A DNA stretch of 64,000 bases from a virus. Lineage: Duplodnaviria > Caudoviricetes. Under the pieces are notes generated by a model. The model saw nothing but the letters and a program-made list of their open reading frames with translations, was not told the DNA's origin and ran no database searches. The translations under genes and the position numbers were made by a program. Location of the stretch: positions 47 through 64,046 of IMG/VR virus record IMGVR_UViG_3300027756_000009, one strand, 5' to 3'. Shown here piece after piece: positions 58,156-64,000 of the stretch (position 1 is the stretch's first letter; each line of letters opens with the position of its first letter).

Positions 58156-58593
58156 TTATTTAATATCGCTAGTGCTTGCTAGATTATCTTTTTGACTGAT
58201 CACAGGATCATTCCAAACATTGCGATTGTTCCATTCATGTGCTTTTTTCAGGCGCTGTTCATCTGTGAGTTCATCACAACGACTGCTTCGATCTGGCATG
58301 CGTAAGAATTGATCTGTACCCATTCGTGGGCCATAGGTCTTTCTAAACACACGCATGATCAAGCCGGTACTGAATGCCATGGTGATTAGAGCAATGTGTC
58401 CCAGCATGTTGTAGCCAATGGTCAATAGTTCACCTATGTAAATGCCAAATGCCAAGCACCAAAAACAGGCCAACACAATACTGGTATAGTATTTTAAATA
58501 GGTGGGTGCGTGTCTGAGACTGTTGAGATTGGGATTGAGTCCATCTCTAAAGGCCTGGAACAGGATGTAAAAAAATTTCAATACTGAAAACAT
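58156..58593 (-). CDS. membrane protein of unknown function
   Basis: Two hydrophobic segments; LNP..N.LRH.P, GHIALI; AGGA SD. Confidence 0.6.
   Translation of the reverse strand: MFSVLKFFYILFQAFRDGLNPNLNSLRHAPTYLKYYTSIVLACFWCLAFGIYIGELLTIGYNMLGHIALITMAFSTGLIMRVFRKTYGPRMGTDQFLRMPDRSSRCDELTDEQRLKKAHEWNNRNVWNDPVISQKDNLASTSDIK
58157..58162 (-). promoter_or_regulatory. TAAATA upstream of cytochrome c
   Basis: Minus strand TTAAATAAG...AAGGA...ATG 58135. Confidence 0.45.
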
Positions 58594-58602
58594 TGTGATT
58601 CC

Positions 58603-58728
58603 TTATATGATTTTGTGATAACTGCCGTTGAAGAACACAGTCCAATCGTTCTTGTGCAATATAAATGCAAATGAAAGCATCATAGTTATCACAAAAAATA
58701 CCACAGCCTTTGCTAATTCATTCTTCAT
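58603..58728 (-). CDS. 41-aa single-TM peptide
   Basis: MKNELAKAVVFFVITMMLSFAFILHKNDW...*; GGAG SD, TAATG coupling. Confidence 0.5.
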   Translation of the reverse strand: MKNELAKAVVFFVITMMLSFAFILHKNDWTVFFNGSYHKII

Positions 58729-58982
58729 TATTCAACTCCGAAATGATTTCTAAATCTAACAACCGCATCTACGATACCTTGATTATTGCCTGTTAGGTAT
58801 TCCCTAATTAATGGATCTTTTTCCTGAGCAATTTCTTCATCGGCAACAATTTCATCCCAAGCTTCTTTCATACATTCACGCACAATCAACTCGGCAAAGT
58901 ATTGAAAATTATCACCTTGAATATGCAAGTCATTTTCCGAAAACTCTGCCTGTGTAGCAAGTTCTCTAATTCGTTTGTTCAT
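58728..58982 (-). CDS. small phage protein (MN.RI.ELA...FAELIVREC...HFGVE type)
   Basis: Characteristic termini; ATGA-coupled. Confidence 0.6.
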   Translation of the reverse strand: MNKRIRELATQAEFSENDLHIQGDNFQYFAELIVRECMKEAWDEIVADEEIAQEKDPLIREYLTGNNQGIVDAVVRFRNHFGVE

Positions 58983-59398
58983 ACTTCTTCTTCCTTTCGA
59001 TCACTGCTAAATCTAGCACTGGTGTATCTCACAACCAGCACACTCACAGCAATCACAAATGTGCTGCCGGCCACTGCCAACATTTCATCTATACGAATGG
59101 GCAAGTGGCTCATGATATCTACCATGTGTCGAGTTAGTGCTGTGATAGCAATGTACAACAGAAAACGCACAGGCATGTGATTGGTTCTGAAATAGATACC
59201 CACCATGGCACCAATTTCCAAATAGATAAACATCAGCAACAGGTCACTGATACTGGCATGATGGTTGGCAAACAGATCCACAAAGGTCCAACCAGCGGCC
59301 CACACTGTGGCTGCACCAATTCCAAACAAGGCCAGTTTGTGAAACACAGTCACAGCGATGTCGCCCACTCGGTCAATGTCAATTATTTTAGGTTTCAT
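58979..59398 (-). CDS. psiE: phosphate-starvation-inducible PsiE family membrane protein
   Basis: DLLLMFIYLE..AM..IY..T..MPVRF..YIAITAL.R; GGAG SD 7 nt before ATG 59398. Confidence 0.75.
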   Translation of the reverse strand: MKPKIIDIDRVGDIAVTVFHKLALFGIGAATVWAAGWTFVDLFANHHASISDLLLMFIYLEIGAMVGIYFRTNHMPVRFLLYIAITALTRHMVDIMSHLPIRIDEMLAVAGSTFVIAVSVLVVRYTSARFSSDRKEEEV

Positions 59399-59409
59399 TC
59401 TGGCACTCC

Positions 59410-60714
59410 TCAATCCTTCTTGTTCTCGTCATAGTAGGCATGTGTACCCCAGGGTGGCACAATGGTTGTCGTGCCATGCAAGATCCAAGTGGTGTCACAG
59501 TATTCAGCGTCACCCCAACTTCCAAACGGGTAGCCGTCTGTGAACACAATCAGTCGGCGTGGTGTGATCTCTTGATCTTTCAAGTAGGTAAAGATACAAT
59601 CAAAGTCAGTACCGCCGCCACCGGACACTTCGTAGTCAATTATGCTGTCAAGATTGTCCGAGTCATATTGTGCAGGGTTGTAGCAGTCGGTATCAAACGT
59701 GGCCACATGAATCTTGTAGCTAGGGAACGAGTCCATGATGCCTTGGATTTCACTCAAGAAGTCCCGTAGCATGTCCGGGCTGATGGAACCAGACGCATCC
59801 AGCATCACTGCAACATCAATCATTTCATCGGGCTTTTGGCCTGGCATCACAGCATCCATGTGCCAACCTTTGCGACTGGCCCGCATCCAGGTGTAGTCGG
59901 CTTTGATAGTGCTCTCCAAATTCATGCGCAAAATCTCACGCCAGTTCAACTGTGGTTCTGTCAGCTGTTGGATCAGGCGCTTGACACCTGCGGGCAAGTT
60001 ACCAGCACCGTCTACTGTGGCCGCTGCCGCCAGCATGGCTTCTTTGATCTCGTCCTTGATGGCTTGTTTGTCCTCGGCACTCAGTTTAGGACGACCCCGG
60101 CCTTCACCTTCTTGATCTCCGTCGCTATCACCTTCACCGTCCAAGTGCTCGTCAATCAACTGATCCAGCAGTTTGCCAATGTCGATTTTTTCGGCATTTT
60201 CATACAAGGCATCGTACACTTCTTCTGAACTCATGCCGTCATACTTGCGATCATACAGGCAAGGTACACTGGTGATCTTCTCACCCACATTGTGTTTGAC
60301 CAAATCACCGTTCACACAATAGTCATTGGCAATGTTCCACAACTGTGGGTCACGATCACCTCTGCGTCCAAAGTGGTCATACACACAATGCAACACTTCA
60401 TGTCCAAACAAGAACTCAATTTCTTTGGGACGCAACATCTCAATGAAGCGGGTGTTGTAGTAAAAATTTCTGCCGTCTGTTGCGGCTGTGGCACACCACT
60501 CATCAGCATTGATCAGTTTGAGTCTTGTGGCAAGGTTACCAAAGAAACTGGCCTTGAGCAACAGGCCCACACGGGCTGAAACTAATTTTTCACGCACCAC
60601 ACGATCCAGCTTGGCGTCCATGGGACCGATCAAGTTAGCAAACTTCTTTGCGTCATCTTTTGTAGCAGTGGTGCCTGCTGTGGCATGTAGTATGTCAGGG
60701 TTAAAATAGTGCAT
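59410..60714 (-). CDS. HExxH metallopeptidase-like plus VWA domain protein (DUF2201-like)
   Basis: TAATDG, HEVLH, WNIA.D..VN; DASGS (MIDAS), GGGGTDF, FTDG; start MHYF at 60714 has AGGA SD. Confidence 0.85.
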   Translation of the reverse strand: MHYFNPDILHATAGTTATKDDAKKFANLIGPMDAKLDRVVREKLVSARVGLLLKASFFGNLATRLKLINADEWCATAATDGRNFYYNTRFIEMLRPKEIEFLFGHEVLHCVYDHFGRRGDRDPQLWNIANDYCVNGDLVKHNVGEKITSVPCLYDRKYDGMSSEEVYDALYENAEKIDIGKLLDQLIDEHLDGEGDSDGDQEGEGRGRPKLSAEDKQAIKDEIKEAMLAAAATVDGAGNLPAGVKRLIQQLTEPQLNWREILRMNLESTIKADYTWMRASRKGWHMDAVMPGQKPDEMIDVAVMLDASGSISPDMLRDFLSEIQGIMDSFPSYKIHVATFDTDCYNPAQYDSDNLDSIIDYEVSGGGGTDFDCIFTYLKDQEITPRRLIVFTDGYPFGSWGDAEYCDTTWILHGTTTIVPPWGTHAYYDENKKD

Positions 60715-60737
60715 GCGATTCCTTGTTTGTTTCATGT

Positions 60738-60766
60738 ATTATAGCACGAGTTGAATTAATGGTCAA
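60738..60766 (-). promoter_or_regulatory. sigma70-type promoter
   Basis: Minus strand TTGACC-17 nt-TATAAT. Confidence 0.75.
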
Positions 60767-60781
60767 TGTAGTACTTGAGTA

Positions 60782-61084
60782 TTACAAATACTTTAGTATG
60801 AACCACGACTGTGCGGACTCGGTGTAGAAGTCCAAATGCACTTGCTGTTCATAATGATAACCTGTTGGTGCTGTGACGTGATGACTATCCATCATGTCAA
60901 CGATAGTGCGATTGCGTTCAAGTCCCTGATGATCACGTGCAGTAAAACCCAGTTCACGCCGCATGATATGCCGCATGCGTATGGCATGACCAAAATCTTT
61001 CTCAAGGCGGACCAGTACTGTGAGCCACTCTTCAGGGTTGTGAAAGATAATAAGATTCCGCTTGGTGGTGACCCGATAAGACAT
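60782..61084 (-). CDS. hypothetical phage protein
   Basis: Ends ..VHLDFY.E..QSWF.LKY; TAATG-coupled. Confidence 0.55.
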   Translation of the reverse strand: MSYRVTTKRNLIIFHNPEEWLTVLVRLEKDFGHAIRMRHIMRRELGFTARDHQGLERNRTIVDMMDSHHVTAPTGYHYEQQVHLDFYTESAQSWFILKYL

Positions 61085-61416
61085 TATGCAGTGCCTGAAT
61101 GTGCAAGTTCAAAGAACATGAGTTCCTTATCTGACGCCACGTAGATTCGGTAGTTGCGATACTCAGTGCTGTAGGCCCAGGCCAGATTTAGATCATCTGA
61201 TTGATGGCTCGAAGGTACCCGATCATTCAGTTGTTCAGCAATTTCATTCTGTGTTCGGACATCTGTGCTCCAACCATATGTGCGGTTGAACCAACGCCGA
61301 GCTCGGTCAAACTCCAACACACCACTGCTGTATGTGCCCTTGGGGAACTCAATGGTGTACCGGTAGATCTTGCTCCAAGCATGACGACCATCTAATTGAA
61401 CAATTTTATAATTCAT
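61084..61416 (-). CDS. hypothetical phage protein
   Basis: 110-aa ORF overlapping both neighbours. Confidence 0.55.
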   Translation of the reverse strand: MNYKIVQLDGRHAWSKIYRYTIEFPKGTYSSGVLEFDRARRWFNRTYGWSTDVRTQNEIAEQLNDRVPSSHQSDDLNLAWAYSTEYRNYRIYVASDKELMFFELAHSGTA

Positions 61417-62194
61417 TTTTAATTTTTAAAAATTCAGTGTCCATAACAAAATTAAATAATTTTTTATGTCCTAATCTATTGGGATGGTTTCCGTCAGGCC
61501 AAAAATATTTTCGATTGATATTCCATTGGTCAAGCCTGAAAAGAATAGAATCCATATCAGTCAGCAGTTCCTTTGTGTCTTCAATGTTTTTGAGACCAGT
61601 TTTAAATTGGTCAATCAACTGTCCGGAAACATGATATATAGGTTTATCAATACGATGAGTGTTGTTGATGCAAAGATTGGTCATGCTTTGGCACAGAATC
61701 TCTAAGCCGGGATATTCCTGGGCAAATTTATCAAGCCAGATAGTGTCAGATGCTCCACCTATCAATCCAATTTTAAATTTGTATTGTTGTGCAAGATCAA
61801 CCAGGCCAAATTGCCAATTACATATGGTATTAAGTACTAGATGATTAATTTCTTGTATGCTGTTAGGTGTTTTTGGAAATGTCCATGTATATTTGTGTAG
61901 ATTATTCAGTTCACGTGTATAATAATAATTATGCATATAATCTCTGTGCCATTCAGTCTGAAAGTATAACACATGAGTAATTTTTTCTGTGTACTGTAAA
62001 ATACCACTTTTTAAGAAGTCTCTTAGACGTAAGTAACTACCAAAATTGCTATCACCGCCACGCCCTAAATTTATAACCGGATATTGATAGTCAATGAGAT
62101 ATTGTTGTAATCCTTTATGACTAACTGGATCTCCGCCTAAAACAGGTGTTATCCATTCACCACAACTCCAACTGTCGCCAATGATTACAATCAT
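61406..62194 (-). CDS. SGNH/GDSL-like protein, AT-rich insert
   Basis: IIGDSW, G.GG.SN, D..HPN..GH; strongly AT-rich codons. Confidence 0.55.
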   Translation of the reverse strand: MIVIIGDSWSCGEWITPVLGGDPVSHKGLQQYLIDYQYPVINLGRGGDSNFGSYLRLRDFLKSGILQYTEKITHVLYFQTEWHRDYMHNYYYTRELNNLHKYTWTFPKTPNSIQEINHLVLNTICNWQFGLVDLAQQYKFKIGLIGGASDTIWLDKFAQEYPGLEILCQSMTNLCINNTHRIDKPIYHVSGQLIDQFKTGLKNIEDTKELLTDMDSILFRLDQWNINRKYFWPDGNHPNRLGHKKLFNFVMDTEFLKIKNEL

Positions 62195-62242
62195 CTCTTT
62201 TGATGAAATATTACGGTTTATAATGTTATTATACTATGATAT

Positions 62243-62285
62243 AAAAAGGGTGACACAGCCACAGCCCTGTAAAACTGCGCCACCC
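62243..62285 (-). terminator. long hairpin plus U-tract after AAA ATPase
   Basis: Minus strand GGGTGGCGCAGT...GCTGTGTCACCC (12 pairs including G-U) followed by TTTTT. Confidence 0.65.
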
Positions 62286-62291
62286 ACCCCA

Positions 62292-63383
62292 TCAACTGGC
62301 TTGCAAAATGTACTTGCCGTAACGAGCATGGAACTCGTCGAACACCTTGATCTTGGTAGGCTGCATTGGCAACATGTATGTGGTCAATGCAATACGAGCA
62401 CCCAACACCACCAGTTCAGTTTCAAAGTTCTTCATCATGTATGCCAAAAAGTTGTTTGACATTTCATGGAACTCTTTGTCCGAAACTTTCTTTTGCTCTA
62501 TAGAGTCTTTGAGTTCGTAACACATGGAGATAACCAATGAATACATGGCCGACACTTCTTTCACCGTCAAGTCTGTGACCTTGCCACTCAAGATGTCTGA
62601 GGGCTGGGGCATCTTGCCAGACACTTTGCGGTGAGCCTTGAACTTAACTGCAAGACCCTCGCCCACAGTACCTGCAATCAGGTTCATTTCAGTGTCCTCG
62701 TCACATTCATCCGCCAACAACTCACTTACAAAACTCCATGAGCGTGGTGTGGCAAACGCACGTGAACTAGACTTGGCATCAAAGTCATACAAGTCCTGCT
62801 TGGCAAAACTCAAGTAACCCACCACGTCTTTGTGGATGTTGTGTTTGACTGCCCACTCTTGCCATGACGCAAAGTCCACACGCATTTCCTGGTGAACAAA
62901 ACGATTTGCCAACGGAGTGGGCATGCGGAAGGTGACACCTTTGTCACTTTCACGATTGCCTGCTGCCACCATCACCACATTGTCAGGCAGTTTGTACTTG
63001 CCAATGCGTCGATTCAAAATCAACTGATACGCGGCACTCTGCACACTGGCTGGAGCCGAGTTCATCTCGTCCAAGAACAGCACCACCACAGGGTACTGGC
63101 TGGCAGTAGCTTCGTCGGGCATTTCCACAGGAGGAGCCCAGTCCATCTTGCCTGAATCTTTGTTGTAAAACGGAATACCACGAATGTCTGTGGGCTCCAT
63201 CTGACCCAGGCGTAAGTCAATCATCAAGCCACCAAGTTCTTCTGTGATGCCAGCCACAACTTCGCTTTTGCCGATGCCGGGAGGACCCCACAAAAACATA
63301 GGACGCTTTTTCTTAAAAGCATGCATGATGGATTTTCGAACTTGGGCACTGGTTACTGTACGTGCATCTGACGTTGCTGACAT
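62292..63383 (-). CDS. MoxR-like AAA+ ATPase
   Basis: GPPGIGKS (Walker A), LFLDEMN (Walker B), AAGNR, LANRF; AGGA SD. Confidence 0.9.
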   Translation of the reverse strand: MSATSDARTVTSAQVRKSIMHAFKKKRPMFLWGPPGIGKSEVVAGITEELGGLMIDLRLGQMEPTDIRGIPFYNKDSGKMDWAPPVEMPDEATASQYPVVVLFLDEMNSAPASVQSAAYQLILNRRIGKYKLPDNVVMVAAGNRESDKGVTFRMPTPLANRFVHQEMRVDFASWQEWAVKHNIHKDVVGYLSFAKQDLYDFDAKSSSRAFATPRSWSFVSELLADECDEDTEMNLIAGTVGEGLAVKFKAHRKVSGKMPQPSDILSGKVTDLTVKEVSAMYSLVISMCYELKDSIEQKKVSDKEFHEMSNNFLAYMMKNFETELVVLGARIALTTYMLPMQPTKIKVFDEFHARYGKYILQAS

Positions 63384-63423
63384 GGGCTGTTTCCTTTCGG
63401 GGGTTGGAGTAAGTTAAGTCGTT

Positions 63424-63452
63424 ATTGTAGTTGATTGCGAATTTGTTGTCAA
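63424..63452 (-). promoter_or_regulatory. sigma70-type promoter for AAA ATPase
   Basis: Minus strand TTGACA-17 nt-TACAAT. Confidence 0.75.
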
Positions 63453-63628
63453 CATGCATACTTGCAGTTTTGCAACAGGTCATCGCGCACAATTTCTGCA
63501 ATCATCTCTTGTGCTTCGCCTATGCTGAAGCCGTATTCTTGCACAACAAAATCAATAACTTGATCTTCAGTGCAGTTGAGGCTGATCATTTCTTGAATGT
63601 CAGTGTAAAGTCTGCTCATCATTCCCAT
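63449..63628 (-). CDS. 59-aa hypothetical protein
   Basis: MGMMSRLYTDIQEMISLNCTEDQVIDFVVQEYGFSIGEAQEMIAEIV...*; TAATG-coupled; not in track. Confidence 0.5.
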   Translation of the reverse strand: MGMMSRLYTDIQEMISLNCTEDQVIDFVVQEYGFSIGEAQEMIAEIVRDDLLQNCKYAC

Positions 63629-63900
63629 TATGCTGTCTCCCGATCTGTGATGTAAGTGAATAAAACAAATTTGGCACGGTTCAGCAGTTGGCGCTGATCT
63701 TCGATGGTGTTGAAGTCGGGCTGTTCGTAAGCCATCATTTCCTGTGCATCGCTCAACATACTGGCCACAACCATTGCAGGTCCTGAAAAACGGAAAGTGC
63801 TACCAGACTCCACTGCTTCACGCATCTGTGCTTCAGTGCAACCGTACATGCCCACTTCACGGATTTCTTTAGTTGTCAGTCCTTCAAACGCTTTTCTCAT
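63628..63900 (-). CDS. hypothetical phage protein
   Basis: Start MRKAF at 63900 with AAGGAG SD, downstream of the promoter at 63931-63959. Confidence 0.6.
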   Translation of the reverse strand: MRKAFEGLTTKEIREVGMYGCTEAQMREAVESGSTFRFSGPAMVVASMLSDAQEMMAYEQPDFNTIEDQRQLLNRAKFVLFTYITDRETA

Positions 63901-63930
63901 GTCTGGCTCCTTTTTGCTTTGTATGTGACT

Positions 63931-63959
63931 ATTATAACAGTTTGGCAATTATTGGTCAA
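63931..63959 (-). promoter_or_regulatory. sigma70-type promoter with extended -10
   Basis: Minus strand TTGACC-17 nt-TATAAT, with TGn before the -10. Confidence 0.8.
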
Positions 63960-64000
63960 CCAAAATGTCAACTGTATTGTGTGGTATCTTCCATCGCCAC

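Noticed and set aside
60714-60735. Track start of the VWA gene at 60735
   Set aside because: That ATG is 2 nt from the -10 hexamer, upstream of the likely transcription start; ATG 60714 has an AGGA SD.
1-64000. Stop-codon reassignment, tRNA genes, CRISPR arrays
   Set aside because: Standard code gives near-complete coding density with TAA/TGA coupling; the few intergenic gaps are too short or lack cloverleaf or repeat-spacer structure.

Overview
Whole window reads as part of a large, T4-like-baseplate (contractile-tailed) jumbo/myophage genome in the standard code, densely coding, with no tRNA, CRISPR, integrase or reverse transcriptase visible. Three blocks: (1) 1-29906 (+): baseplate/tail module (gp48/54-, gp53-, hub-, gp5-, gp25-, gp6-like genes, a 4842-aa modular giant, an autocleaving-chaperone tail fibre) with TATAAATA-type late promoters; (2) 29961-54269: a ~24 kb biosynthetic-looking island directly after the fibre genes (several glycosyltransferase-like genes, five radical SAM enzymes with N-terminal SPASM/twitch-like clusters, four paralogous TEK-motif proteins, a NodU/TobZ carbamoyltransferase, two methyltransferases, an amidinotransferase, an SGNH-like protein, an NDP-sugar epimerase and a 1262-aa protein with 11 novel ~65-aa Trp/Pro repeats); (3) 54266-64000 (-): early/middle region with sigma70-type promoters, thyX, many tiny membrane ORFs, cytochrome c, DoxX, PsiE and a split MoxR-like AAA/VWA-peptidase pair. 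Best candidate for an undescribed system: the island in block 2, whose enzyme set parallels aminocyclitol/amino-sugar tailoring and may decorate the virion. All protein assignments come from motif reading only; no searches were run.
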